Shown: in pieces, positions 14,184 to 29,235 of the stretch
Numbering within the stretch: position 1 is the stretch's first letter
How the letters are laid out: the number at the start of each line of letters is the position of its first letter
Assembly (NCBI RefSeq): GCF_009914755.1
Contig: NC_060932.1
Length of the DNA stretch: 64,000 nt
Reading direction: 5' to 3' (one strand)
Source: the human T2T-CHM13v2.0 reference genome, Homo sapiens
The notes under the pieces: model-generated
The model's input: only the letters and a program-made list of their open reading frames with translations
Told to the model about the DNA's origin: nothing
The model's database searches: none
Translations under genes and position numbers: made by a program

Positions 14184-16976
14184 ATGAATATTAATGGTCT
14201 TAATCCACTATTTAAAAGACAGAAATTCTTAGAGTGAATGAAAACACAAGACCCAACTGTATGTTGTCTACAAAAAAGTCAGTTTAAATATAGACACATA
14301 TAGGTTAAAAATAGAGGCATAGAGAGTAATATACCATGCTAACTTAATTAAAAGAAAGTGGGAGTAGCTATATTAATTTCAGACAGAGCAGATTTCAAAG
14401 CAAGAAAAGGTATTAGGGATAAAGAAGGGCACTATATAATAATAAAGGGGTCAGTTCTCCACAAAGACATAACAATCCTTAACCTGTATACATCTAACTA
14501 CAAAGCATCAAACTATGGGAGGCAAGAATGGATAGAACTGCAAGGAGAAACAGGTGAATCCACTATCATAGTTGGAGACTTCAACACTCCTCTATTATAA
14601 ATGGACAGATCCAGAGGCAGAAAATCAGTAAGGATATAGTTGAACTCAACAACACATTAATCAACTGGATATGATGAACATCTATAAACTACTTTATTCA
14701 GCAGTATCAGGAGATACATTCTTTTCAAGCTTACATGGAATATTTGCCAAGGAAGACCACATTCTGGGCTATAAAACACACCTTAACAAATTTAAAAGAG
14801 TAGAAATTATACAATATCTGCCCTTAGATTGTAATGGAATTAAACTAGAAATCAATAACAGAAAGATAACTGGAAAATCCCAAAAACATGCAGATTAAAT
14901 AACACACTTTCAAATAACACATAAGTCAAAGAAGATATCTCAAGAGAAATTTTAAAATATTTTGAACTAAGTGGAAATGAAAACACAAGTTATCAAAATT
15001 TTGGGGATGCAGCAAAAGTAACGCTTAGAGGAAAATATATAGCATTGAATGCAAATATTAGAAAAGAAAGAAGATCTAAAATCAATAATCTAAGTTTTCA
15101 TTTTAGATCACCAGAAAAAGAAGAGCTAATTCAATGTAAAGTAAGCAGAAGAAAATAAATAATAAGAATTAGACAAAAAATCAATGAAATTGAAAACAGG
15201 AAGTCAATAGATAAAATCAATAGAGAAAAAATCTGGTTCTTTAAAAAGTTCAATACAATTGATAAGAACCTAGCCAGGCTAACTAAAAAGAAGGAGGGAG
15301 GGAGAGAAAGAGGGAGACAGACAGTAAGAGAGAGAGAGAGAGAGAGAGAACACCAATGATCAATATAAGAAACAAAAGAGGGGGACATCAACATAGATCA
15401 TATAAACATTAAAAAGATAATCAAGGAATACTATGAACAACTCTATCCCCACATTTGGTAACCTAGATGAAATGGACCAATTCCTTGAAAGACACAATTT
15501 GCCAAAATTCACATAAGAAATAAACAACTTGAATAGACCTATATATATTAAAGAAATTGAATCAATAATTAACCTTTCAAAGCACAAAGCACCAGGATCA
15601 GATGTGTTCATTGGTGAATTCTGCCACACATTTTAAAAGAAAATGATACCATTTCTCCACAATCTCTTTCAGAGGATAGAAGGAGAAGAGATACTAACTC
15701 ATTTTATGAGGCCAGCATTACCTTAATACCAAAACTAGACAAAGACTACGAGAAAAGAAAACCACAAACCAATACTTCTCATGAACATAGACGCAAAAAT
15801 CCTCAACAAAATATTAGAAAATAAAATCTAACATTGTATGAAAAAATTATACACCACAAGCAAATGGGATTTATCCTGGATATGCAAGGCTGGTTCAACA
15901 TTATAAAATCAATTAATGTAATCTATCGCATAAACAGTCTGAAAAATCACATAATCATGTTAATACATGCAGAAAAGGGCATTTGATAAAATCTAATACC
16001 CATTCATGACAAGAACTCTCAGTAAACTAGGAATAAAGGGGGACCTTTCTAAACTTGATAAAGAATACCTACAAAAAAACACCTATGGCTTACATCATAA
16101 TTAATGGTGAAAAAGTTGAAGCATTCTTGCTAAGATCAAGAACAGGGGAAGGATATCCCTCCCCTCTCATCACTCCTTTTTGGTATCAAACTGGAAGTCC
16201 TAGCTTATGCAATAAAAAAAAAAGAGGAAATAAAGGTTATACAGATTGGGAAGGAACAAATAAAACTATCTTTGTTCACAGATGACATGACTGTCTGTAT
16301 AAAAAAATTCAAAAAATTCAACAAAAATACTCCTGAACTAATAAGCAATTATAGCAAGATTGCAGGATACAAGATTAATACAGAAAAGTCAACAGTTTTT
16401 CTATACACCAGCAATGAACAAGTGGAATTTAAACTAAAAACACAACACCATTTACATTAGCACCAAAAAATGAAAAATACTTTGGCATAGATCTAACAAA
16501 AATATGTACAGGAGCTACATGAAGAAAATCACAACATTCTAATGAACAAAATCAAATAACTAAATAAATAGGGAGCTATTTCATGTTCATGGATAAGAAG
16601 GCTCAATATTGTAAAGATGCCAGTTCTTCCCAACTTAATCTATAGATTCAATGCAATCCCAATCAAAATTCCTGTAAGTTTTTTGAATATCTTCTAACAC
16701 ATTCTAGAGTTTATATGGAGAGACAAAAGACCCAGTGTGGCCAACACAATATTGAAGGATAAGAATAAAGTTGGAGGACTGACACTATCTGACTTCAAGA
16801 CTTTATATAAAGCTATAGTAATCAAGACAGTGTGGTTTTGGCAAAATAACAGATAAATAGATCAATGGAAGAGAATAGGGAACCCAGAAATAGACACACA
16901 TAAATATAGTCAACTAATCTTTTACAATGGAGCAAAGTTAGTCTTTTCAACAAAAAGTACTGGAACTGTGTGGACA

Positions 16977-17010
<34 letters not shown>

Positions 17011-17750
17011 TCTAGACACAGATCTTACACCCTTCACAAAAATTAACTCCAAATAGATCATAGACCTAAATGTAAAGACCAAAACTATTAAACTCCTAGA
17101 AGATGGAAGAAACCTAGGTGACTGTGGTATGGGGATGACTTTTTAGATATAACACCAAAAGCAGGATCCTGAAAGAACTAATTGATAAGCTGGACTTCAT
17201 TAAAATTAAAAACCTTTACTATGCCAAAGACAGTGTCAAGCGAATGAAAAGATAAGCTACAGACTTGAAAATATTTACAGAATACACATCATATAAAGAA
17301 CTGTTACTCAAAATATTCAAGGAACTCAACAAGAAAAGAACAACCCAATAAACAGGTCAAAGACCTTAGCAATACCTCAGTAAAGAAGATACATAGCTGG
17401 CAAATATGCATATGATGCTCCACATTATACATCATCGGAAAAATGCAAATTAAAACAATAATGAGATATTACTACATACCTATTAAATGGCCAAAATCTG
17501 GAACACTGACAACAACAAATGCTGGTGAGAATGTGGAGCAGCAGAACTCTCATTCATTGCTGGCAGGAAAGCAAAATGGTAAAGCCACTTTGGAGGATAG
17601 TTTAGTGGTTTCTTACCAAACTAAACATATCTTTACCGTATAAACCAGCAGCTGTACTCTTTGGTGTTTACCCAAAGGAGTCGAAAACTTATGTCCACAC
17701 AAAAACCTGCACATGGTTTCTTATAGCAGCTTTGTTCATGATCACCAAAA
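14184..17750 (+). pseudogene. L1 ORF2p remnant (endonuclease and RT), multiply disrupted
   Basis: NINGLN, GVAILISD, IIVGDFNTPL and DH (APE endonuclease); FTDDM (RT FADD motif); many stops and frameshifts. Confidence 0.85.
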
Positions 17751-18319
17751 CTTGGAAGCAAGATGTCTTGGAAGCAAGAATAAATAAATAAATAAATAAA
17801 TAAACAAATAAATAAACAAACATGTTGAGAATGGAATATTATTCAGTGCTAACAAGAAATGAACTATCAAGCTATGAAAAGACATGAAGGAACCCTAAAT
17901 GCATATTACTAAGTAAAATAAGCCAATCTGAAAAGGCTACATACTGTATGATTCCAACTATATGACACTGTGGAAAAGCCAAAACTATAGGGATAATAGA
18001 AAGATCAGTGGTTGTAAGGGGCTGGTGGAGTGGAGGAGGAACAGGTGGAGCACAAAAGATTTTTAGAGCAAAGAAAATACTCTGTGATACATGTCATTAT
18101 ACACTTGTTGAAATCCATAGAAGGTGTAACACCAAGAGTGAACCCTAATGTAACTGTTGACTTTGAGTGATTATGATGTGTCAGTGTTCATAAATTGTAA
18201 CAGATGTACCACTCTGTTGGGGGTGTTGATAATGGGGGAGGCTATGCATATGTGGGAGCAGAGTATATAGGAAATCTCTGTAATTCCCTTGGAATTTTGC
18301 TGCAAACCTAAAACTGTTA

Positions 18320-18660
<341 letters not shown>

Positions 18661-18663
18661 AAG

Positions 18664-18927
18664 GGCTGCGTGTGGTGGCTCACACTTGTAATCCTAGCAC
18701 CTTGGCAGGCCAAGGCATGAAGATTGCTTGAGGTCAGAGGTTTGAGACCTGCTTGGAAAAAATAGTGAGATTTTTGTTTCTATTAAAATAAAAAAATAGC
18801 CAGGTATGGTGGATTGCTTGAACCCAGGAGTTCAAGGATACAGTGAGCTATAATTGTGCCACTGCATCCCAGCCTGGGTGACAGAGTGAGATCCTGTCTC
18901 AAGCAAACAAACAAACAAACAAAAAAT
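18664..18927 (+). mobile_element. Alu (AluJ-like, right-arm deletion)
   Basis: Alu motifs with a (CAAA)n tail. Confidence 0.9.
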
Positions 18928-18929
18928 AA

Positions 18930-19165
18930 CTGTGTCCTTTTGTTGGTTTTAGTTTACATGGCTAATGATATGGGTACATTTTCATGTAGTTCCTTGGCTA
19001 TTTGAATTTCCTCTTTTGTGAAGTTCCTATTGAAGTTTTTTTGTCCATTTTTGCATTGTCTTCCCTTATTTTCTTATTGATTCATCAGGAGTTTTTCACT
19101 CTCTTAATTATATCTTTTGATGAACAAAATTAAAATTATGTGGTCAGATTTATCAATCTTTTTTG
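18930..19165 (-). mobile_element. L1ME-like fragment, possibly continuing 10655-10985
   Basis: ctaatgatatgggtacattttcatg...tcttttgtgaagttcctattgaag. Confidence 0.55.
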
Positions 19166-20184
19166 CCTAAAACTGCGCTGTTGCTGAATTTTCCGGTGGT
19201 TTGGTTTCCTTCCTGCAATCTCTGTGGCTGCCTCCTAATGGATGCACCCGCTCACTCCAGTAGGCAGAATGGCCTCAAGAGGTCAGACCACAGGCTTCCA
19301 GGGATCCGCCAGGACCTCTGAACCTATAGCTTCATTCCTCCTCATTTTCCCAGTCCCATGGAGCTGTTCACTCCTCAAAGCAATGGGAAAGTGCCTGGTG
19401 ACCCATTCTTGCCACATGGACTGTGTGATCCGGTAGCGGCTGCATGCTGTCTCTGGCCTCTGTCCCTGGGAAGATGCTGCTGGTGTGGCTGGGAACGTAC
19501 TTTCCCTCCTTCGCTTTTCTTCTCACCTCTTTCAGGCAGTGCCCACTCACACTTGAGTTTTTCTTGGTCCCCACTCCCACCCTGAGCTTGGGTTAGGACC
19601 CCCTTGTTGGTCTTCCTGTGGTGCCTACTCTCTACCATTATCACTGCCCTGACCACAGTTCATGCCCAGTGTTAGTGTCTTAAAAAAAGAGTAAACATCT
19701 TAACACTCGACACTGTGTGCTCCATGAGGACCAGGGCAGCCAACTAATCCAGCACAGCGAGCACCCAATAACTGCTTGTTGATCTGGACATGAACACTGA
19801 CTAAAAAGCATTGTCCAGGTCTTTAGCTTAGTGAGTTCTGTTGGCTGACTACATTTTAAAGATGTCTGTTGGTTTCTTAATAAGGTGAGAACTTGCTCTT
19901 CTTACCATTAACTCATATTAGGATTTCTTTCCAGCAAGTGGTGGTGAGAGTGGGTGGAGGGTGGCTGAGAGAAACAAGACACTTGAAAATCTGCTAGGAG
20001 AAGGAGAGGCCCTGAAAGCCAGCTGTGGATACTGGGTCAAAAGCCATAATCAAATCATCACAAGCAATCTCCGCCCCTTATTCATTTTGGGGAGACTTGC
20101 AAAGCCTGGCCAAAGTGAAGAGAGAGCTCCTTGTGTGGTTTGGATGAATCTGAGGCAGCCCCCATGTGGATTCTGTGCTATTCG

Positions 20185-20480
20185 TGCTGTTTATCTTTTA
20201 AAAATAGGGCAGTGGTTACACAGCTGAGGCCCTGAGCCTGCCCAGCTCCCTGCACGACCCTGCCCGCTCCAAGGCTGATAGCACTTCCTTCCTGGCCTCG
20301 CGTGGCTTCCTGCACTGGCCTTATCGCCACACAAAACTTGACACTGTACTGGAATGCGCTCAGGGTCTGTAAATGGAAATCTCTTGCTTTCTACATTTAC
20401 AAACAACTGTCATCTATAAAATGCTTTCTTTATTTCCAGACTTACACTTTCTTTACACTAGTTGGAATGGGGTTCATATG
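20185..20480. promoter_or_regulatory. Candidate muscle/cardiac enhancer (MEF2, GATA, E-box and TEAD motifs)
   Basis: TTAAAAATAG 20198-20207, TTATCT 20191, CAGCTG 20221, TGATAG ~20276, CTTATC ~20320, GGAATG 20351 and 20464. Confidence 0.35.
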
Positions 20481-20729
20481 AGATCATTTTCCCTCTCTAT
20501 CCCTCATTTTCACCTGAAGTTTTAGTCTTTCGTTTTTTGAGCCCAGAAAATAAATAATACACATGGCATCTGTGCAAGCTGCAGTGTTTACAGCAGTTGT
20601 GGGGAATGGTTTTCCACATACAGTGAATTATACTTTATGCCATTTCCTTCATTTTATTACATGCCTGCTGTGAAGAAACAGGGTAGGTAGAGGGCTGTGA
20701 ATGATGTCATGTGAACAGACACACGTTTA

Positions 20730-21120
<391 letters not shown>

Positions 21121-22039
21121 TAAAGAAAGCTTTTTTGTTTCTCATCATCTGAGATCTGCTGCTGCTGTACTACTTTCTCTCTCTCATACAACTTCAAAGT
21201 GGACATTAGGTAAACATCACGTTGAAAATTAACATATGGAGTGCCAAATTCATTTAAGAGAAGATGGGGCTCACAAAATATTTAAAGCTTATCTGTCTGA
21301 GCTCTTTAATATTCATGAAGACAATGCAACAAGAAGAGTTTCAGAGAAATAGCGCATGTGCTGTTCTCTGCTTTGCAGTGTAGTAAATTAAAAGCTATGT
21401 TGAAAATAATTTAAAATTTGGTATGGTCCTGATCTGGAAAATTCAAGGGGTTAATGAAAGGGAAAAGTAGCTTAAACGAGATTTCTGGGAGTGTCTCGGC
21501 TTTCTGAATGCAGTTGCCTTTCATGAGCTCATGAACCTTCTTAAGATATTATGATCTTTTACCCAGGCAAGGGGAATTTCCTCAGATATGATTAAAGAGT
21601 GGGCGGGCCATGTCCTCAGAAGTCAGAAGACTTAATATTGGAAACATGAACTCTCTTGGAGCCATTCCCAATTTTATTTCAGAGGAATTCCCCCTTGCAG
21701 AACCACTCCCACGATGGAAGGCAGGGATGAAGGAAGCCTTTTGAAATGTATTTATTTTTTAATCTGAAAGTTGAAGAGTTTCCCCTCCCCCCACCATGGA
21801 AACTACTAAATTAAGAGTCTGGGTAAACAGTTTGAAGTCTCCTTTTTAGGATGGGTAAAGTAAACAAGTAAAGAGTACTCAAAAATTCTCATTAAAGGTA
21901 CACAACCATCCTGAGTTATTATTTCCAAGGGAACATTACCTCAGTCGTGGATGGAAGCCTCATGGGTGACGAGAGATCAGGGCTTTTACTTAAAGAACGA
22001 GGCAGCTTTCATTAAGCTACTAAGTGTGAATATGAACTC

Positions 22040-23326
22040 TGCTGTGACACATTAGGAAGAAGTAAAATATGACAGGAAAAATAGCGGGCTTAAGACTGAA
22101 CTGTGAGGGAAGGCTTCTCTGTGGAGCTGTTTATTGAGGCCGGTGGAGGAGAAGCAGCCCACTGGGGTGGAGCGGAGGGAATGGCCGATATTCCAAGGTA
22201 GGAGGGAGTCTGACGGTGAACAGAAGGGACAAACGGCCAGAGCCCAGAGAGTGCAGCCAGGGTGGGAATGAATGAGAGGGCAGGTCGAGAGATAGGCAAG
22301 GACTAGATCACCTATGGCCTCTTAGATCATGGTAAAAGTTTTGGATATTATTTTTACTGTGGTAAATACACATAAGACAAAATTTGCCATCTGGACTATT
22401 TTTAAGTGTACTGTTCAGTGGCATTAAGTATATTCACATTGTGTGCAAGCATCACCACCTTCCATCTCTAGAACTCTTTCATCTTCCCAAGCTGACTCTC
22501 TGTACCCATTAAACACCAACTCCCATTTCCCTCTCCTCGCAGCCCGTGGCAACCACAATTCTACTTTCTGTCTCTATGAATTTGAGTACTCGAGGTACCC
22601 CGTGTGGGTAGGATTGTAAAGTATCTGTCTTTTTTGACTGGCTGATTTCGCTCAGCACTATGTCCTCAGCGTTCATCCATGTTGTAGAATGCATCAGAAT
22701 TTCATTCCTTTTTAAGGTTGAATGATATCCCATTATATGCATATGCCATGTTTTGTTTATCCATTCACCTATTGATGGACTTTTGGATTATTCCCATATT
22801 TTGGTTATTATGAACAATGCTGTTACAAACACCGGTGTACAAATACCTGTTTGAGTTGCTGCTTTCAATTCTTTTGGGTATATAATCAGAAATGGAATTT
22901 CTGGATCATATGGTAATTCTACATTTTATTTTTTTAGAGTCGCCACGCTGTTTTCCATAGCAGCTGCACATTTTACACTCTCACCAGCAATGTACAGGGG
23001 TTCCAGTTGCATCACACCCTTGCCAGCACTTATGATTTTTCCTGATTTTTGTTTTTCTGTAATAGTAATCCTAACGGGTGTGAAGAAGAGTTTGAAATTA
23101 TTGAGTTAGGAGCCATTGCATGATTTTGACGAGGGAATGACACAATCCCTTTTCTTTTTAAAAAGATCACTCTGGCTGATGGATGGAGAAGAGATTGAAG
23201 GGGAGAAGAAAGCAATGGGGCAAACTAATTTTGAGAACATTTTGGTGTCCAGGAAAAGAATGATGATGGTATGACCTATGGTAGTAGTTCTGAAGAAGAG
23301 AGGATACAGATTCAAAATATACTTTA
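22040..23326 (-). mobile_element. L2 fragment split by an L1MB insertion
   Basis: gggaaggcttctctg...ggtaaaagttttggat resumes as gagccattg...aaagatcactctggctg after the L1. Confidence 0.65.
22351..23085 (-). mobile_element. L1MB2/3-like 3' end
   Basis: tgtggtaaatacacataag...ttcagtggcattaagta antisense 3' UTR. Confidence 0.9.
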
Positions 23327-23623
<297 letters not shown>

Positions 23624-23679
23624 TCAATGCCCATAAAATATTCAGTGCAAACATCAAGAGACAGAAAATGGGATTGGTA

Positions 23680-23810
23680 ACATGGATACTGAGGAAACCA
23701 ACTCAGAAAGGTTAAGTAAGTAACTTAAGTTCACACAGCATAAAATGCAAGTGGCAGAGTCAAGAGGCAAACCCAGGACTGTCTGATTACGAAGCCTGGT
23801 CTCACCATTT
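23680..23810 (-). mobile_element. MIR SINE
   Basis: tgaggaaaccaactcagaaaggttaagtaa...tcacacagc. Confidence 0.7.
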
Positions 23811-24494
23811 TATGTCACTTCCTTCCAGTCAGAGCCGACCAGTCTCCAGGAATTTGACTGCTGACTGCATTTATCCACTTTGGGAAATCTCTAGTAATAA
23901 AAGGGAGACACGCTGAGTAATAAGTGTGAAGTTTAGAACACAAACCTTGCAAGAGCTTTCAAGAATAAATAAAATTCCAACATGGATAGTCTGGGAGGTC
24001 ACTCTCCCCAGGCTCTGTGGAAGTGGTGTTGGGGAGCATAGACGTTTGGTCCATGACGTACAGTACAGCCCCTTTCCACAATGCTGGAGATGAAGCTGGG
24101 TCTCCTGTCTGCGCCTGCATATTCCTATAGCTTCCCTGAGTCCTGTGGATGATGACTGGTGAGACAAATCGTGCAGGAAACAAGTTTAGTTTGAAAAAAA
24201 AAAAAACAACAACAAAAAAACCCAACATATTTGGAATGTGATAGACAACAAGTGAATAGACAATCTCACTTAGAAATTGTATTTAATAGAGTTAATAAAT
24301 TCAGTTGCCTTTTGCTGGGGAGTATTGAACAATTTCATCTCCCCCAAAAGACTCTGGAGTCAAAGGTGGTGTTTAGACTCCGTTACCCGGAGCACTGGTC
24401 TCTCATCTGTGTCAGGTACTTGACACAGAGGTATTTTACAGAGGAGGGGTGCTAAGTCACGAGAAGGATGAACAGGAAGAGAAGAGTGATGACA

Positions 24495-24720
24495 GGCTGG
24501 AGGTTAAGAACAGAGATTCCGAAGTTTCACAGTATGAGTAGGAACTCACTGACTAGCTGTATGCTTTGCTAATGCTTCATCCTCTCCAACATTAAGCTTC
24601 ATCGTCTGTAAAAGGAATCCCGTAATGTCTATGTCTCAGGGATCCTGTGAGGGTGAGGTTAGGCATCGCACATGAAGGGCTTAGCTTAGCAAGTACTAGT
24701 TGCTTGTTAATCTTTATTAC
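24495..24720 (+). mobile_element. MIR SINE
   Basis: ggttaagaacagagatt...actagctgtatg...catcgtctgtaaaa. Confidence 0.65.
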
Positions 24721-24930
24721 AATGGCAGTTGAGCATATACTTTACCTATGGAGCACATTTTACCTCTGAGCACCCTAGAGGAAGGAGAGTTTGGCAGTTT
24801 AGCAAGGGGGTCAGGGGATGTAGGAGGATGGCTACACAACGTGCACTAAACTCACAATTAGGGAGCACAATCATGCTTTGTTCCGAAATGGCAAGTTTTT
24901 TGACAATGTGTCTTTATATCCATTGCTGGG

Positions 24931-25278
<348 letters not shown>

Positions 25279-25459
25279 TAAATACATCACATTATTGGAA
25301 CAAATTAAAAAAAACACTCCGAATTTTTTTCTACATATATTACTAATAATTAATGACTTCTGAAGCATCAGCTAATTATAGTTTTAAAGGCCTAGAATTC
25401 TTTGTAAGGATAGATGGCATTTTTTCTAGAATCTTCCTTTTGGATGGAGGAGAATAAGG

Positions 25460-25680
25460 CAAAAAAAGCACTGGATTTGGCACTGGGTAGACCTTGGTTG
25501 GAATCTTAGCTCTTAGCTGTGTGTCCCCTAGAGAAATGACCTAACCTCTCTGAACCTCCTTCTTCATTTGTATGATGGGGATGATAATATCTCTCTCATG
25601 GGATTTTGCAAGGCACGTGAAATGCTTATTACACTGGGTTCATCTTAGGCTATCAATAAATGGTAACTATTAGTAATTTA
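25460..25680 (+). mobile_element. MIR SINE
   Basis: cctaacctctctgaacctcc...tttgtatgatggggatgataata. Confidence 0.75.
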
Positions 25681-25966
25681 TTAGTAGCTATCTTGAATCT
25701 TTCCCCCTTTTTCTCTTTTCCTTTCCTACTATACAGTATGCTTTTTTCAGGTGAAAGGATACAGAAAAAAAACATTATTGAGCACAGGTCATCAAGTTCC
25801 CATGGAATCTTTGAGAAATCAGGGATGTCCTTCTTGCTTTTGACACAACTTCATAAAATAACTCTTTGACCAGCTATAACCCTCCTTGATAGAAGTTACA
25901 GATGGAAATGACTGATGAGTTTGTTTATATCCAGTACTTGTATGGTTCAGCCTTTTAACCGATTTG

Positions 25967-26264
25967 CTTTTTTTTTTTTTGTGATGGAGTCTTGCTCTGT
26001 CGCCCAGGCTGGAGTGAAGTGGCGCGATCTCGGCTCACTGCAACCTCTGCCTCCTGGGTTCAAGTAATTCTTCTGCCTCAGTCCCGAGTAGCTGGGATTA
26101 CTACTATAGGTTCATGCCACCATGCCCGGCTAATTTTTGTGTTTTTAGTAGAGATGGCGTTTCACCATATTGGCCAGGCTTGTCTCGAACTCCTGACCTT
26201 ATGATCTGCCCGCCTCCGCCTCCCAAAGTCCTGGAATTACAGGCATGAGCCATGGCACCCGGCC
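25967..26264 (-). mobile_element. Alu (AluS-like)
   Basis: Full antisense Alu. Confidence 0.95.
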
Positions 26265-27354
26265 CTGATTTTCTTTTGAAGAACTACCACAAAAACGCAG
26301 TTTCTTTCCCCCTGCTCCTCAGGGGCCACTCCACATTTTAATGAGATTTTTCCTGATTAAGAGCAAAGATGTTCTTTTGCTCAGTCAGTGGCAGTTTGAC
26401 CTTTCCTGACTCCTCCCTGCGGCCGCAGCACAGTGCCTGACTTCTTCCATGAAAGAGCTGTGGAGCTGGCAGGGCCTAGGTGCTGGTGGAGGGCCCTGCG
26501 ACTGGACCAGTGGCTGGAGGGAGCAGGAAGGGGTCTGCGATGTAAATGATGGGTCTGAGGTCACCAAGCAATCATCAGGTGGTTAGAAATATGGACTGGG
26601 GCTTGTGGAAAGTTCTCATGGAAATATGCCAGAGGCGGTGGTCATTTGCACAGAGGTGGGAGGTAGACTGTGGCATGGACCGACTCACCCACAGGGAGGA
26701 AGAGTGTGAGCTTGGATTAGGGAACACTGTGGAGGAAGAACTTTGAGGCTGGTGGCCTTGAAGAGCAGTAGAAGGAACCAAGGAAACTAGCAGCAGGGAG
26801 CTCTTAGAGTGTAGACATCCAACAGGAAAAGTGCCCAGGGTTACAATATCCAAGAAAGGCCTGAGTCTTGGGTCAAGGAGTCAGCATTAGAGAGTGCTGA
26901 GCAGTTGGGGATGGACGAAAGCTCACGGTGCGGGTTAGCTGTGGAGTTTTTGGTGACTCTTCAAGTACCAGTTTCAGAGCCAGGTGGAGAAATGTCATCC
27001 TCCAATTATAGGAAGACAGATGTTAACTTGAGGGATCAGGGAGACAGATGTACTCGAGGGATCAGGGGGTGAAGGAAATCTTTAGAACAGTCTTCAGTTT
27101 CAGTTTTTAGAAGAACAAGGATCTGAAGCAAATTAAATTTTATCAAATAATTATCTTTTTGACAATTGGCTGAAATTTAGGCTGCTCTCTGGAGCAGATT
27201 ATATAAATACAGAGTTTCAGATATACAGAACACTGCTTACACCAAAAAAGCTGCAAAACAACTAAAATGTTTAAGAAACAATATTAAAATTTCTCATGTT
27301 TTAACCTGACCTAACACCTAACTAAAATGCTTTTCAACTGCTTTTCTTCAATGC

Positions 27355-27643
27355 TTTTCTTTATTTTTTTGAGACAAGGTCTTACTCTGTGGCTGAGGCT
27401 GGAGTTCAGTGGCACGATCATGGCTCACTGCAGCCTTGACCTCCCAGGCTCAAGTGATCGTCCTGCCTCAGCCTCCTGAGTACCTTGAACTACAGGCGTG
27501 TGCCACCATGCCCGGCCACCATGCCCTGGCCTGTCTTGGATATTGTAGAGTCGAGATCTTGCCATGTCTCCTGGACTCAAATGATCCCCCCACCTAAGCC
27601 TCCCAAAGTGCTGAGTTTAGAGGGGTGAGCCACCACGCCCAGC
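27355..27643 (-). mobile_element. Alu (AluJ-like, rearranged linker)
   Basis: Internal duplication of gccaccatgccc. Confidence 0.9.
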
Positions 27644-28016
27644 TACTTTTTAACTGTTTTCAATCAGCTTCTTGAGTTTTGTTTTCACTGTTTTAAAACT
27701 AATTTCAGCCTTCCTGTTTATTGTTTTAAGATTTATTTTAGCTTTTATTCTAAAATAAATTCTAAAATGTACTTACTGGAGTTTGTAGTGCCTGTTAATT
27801 TTGGTGCATCTGATGAATGTTAGCTTTCCCACGTGCTGTTAATAACCAACTCTTCTTATAGCCTGTGACACAGCTTATGGAGACAGCCATGGAACTGCCT
27901 TGGATAACACAGAGTCAAATTCTAAGAGAATCAGTTTATTCTTTGGTAGAAATCTTAACTTTTGGGGGAATACATTAAAACTTAAAAATCATATCTATTT
28001 TACATATTAAACATTA

Positions 28017-28333
<317 letters not shown>

Positions 28334-28515
28334 TTAACATGATGGCAATTATGTTACATTTAATATAATATAAAATTTATTTTAACACTAACCATTATTT
28401 TCTGGTTCTCTGGGTTTCAAGTCTAATTTTCTGTCACTAAAGAACCAAATAAGAACCCATTGGTTCTTAGATTTCTAAATTTCCTGAACTGGAATTTTAA
28501 AAAATAACATGCTGT

Positions 28516-28870
28516 GGCTGGTGGCATGGCTCATACCTATAATCTCAGCACTTTTGGAGGCCAAAGTAGGAGTGCTTGAGGCCAGGAGTTTGAGACCAGC
28601 CTGGGCGACATAGCAAGACCCCATCTCTCCAAATTAATAGAAAAATTGGCCGGGCATGGTGGCACTTGCATGTGGTCCCAGCTACTCAGGAGGCTGAGAT
28701 GAAAGGATTGCTTGAGCCTGGGAAGTCGAGGCGGCAGTGCGCCGAGATCCTACCACTGCACTCCAGCCTGGGTGACAAGGCAAGACCCTGTCTCAAAAAA
28801 ACCAAAAACTCCAAAAAACAAGCAAAACACCCCCAATAAACAAACAAACAAGAACAACAACAAAAAAACA
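28516..28870 (+). mobile_element. Alu (AluJ-like) with a long C/A-rich tail
   Basis: Alu dimer; TSD-like aacatgct. Confidence 0.9.
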
Positions 28871-28984
28871 TGCTTAAGGGGTGGGTATTGTGCATACACA
28901 GAAACAGGCTGGCCAACTTTTAATTTTGCCAACTAAGAGCATTTTTTTTTCAAAAGCTCAATTTATTATCAGCAACAATGGATC

Positions 28985-29235
28985 AAAGAAATGGCATGAT
29001 AATACAAAACTATGTGAGAACATTTAGCTGTATGGAATGAAGTAGGTCTATATCTACTGACAAAGATCTCCAGGATAAATTAAGTCTTAAAAAAAGGCAA
29101 GGTGCAGAACAATGGATCGGGTGGATCCATCCAATGTGCTCCCAAGAGTGGACTGGGAGAGAGGGAGACTTACTCTTCATTGAATTCCCTTTTACACCTT
29201 TTGAAGTTTGTATTGTGTCTTCAAAAATAAATACA
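28985..29235 (+). mobile_element. L1ME4-like 3' fragment
   Basis: aaagatctccaggata...aaaggcaaggtgcagaacaat...gggagacttactc. Confidence 0.5.

Noticed and set aside
17751-17820. Duplicated cttggaagcaaga followed by (TAAA)n
   Set aside because: Local slippage and microsatellite expansion inside the L1; ordinary decay.
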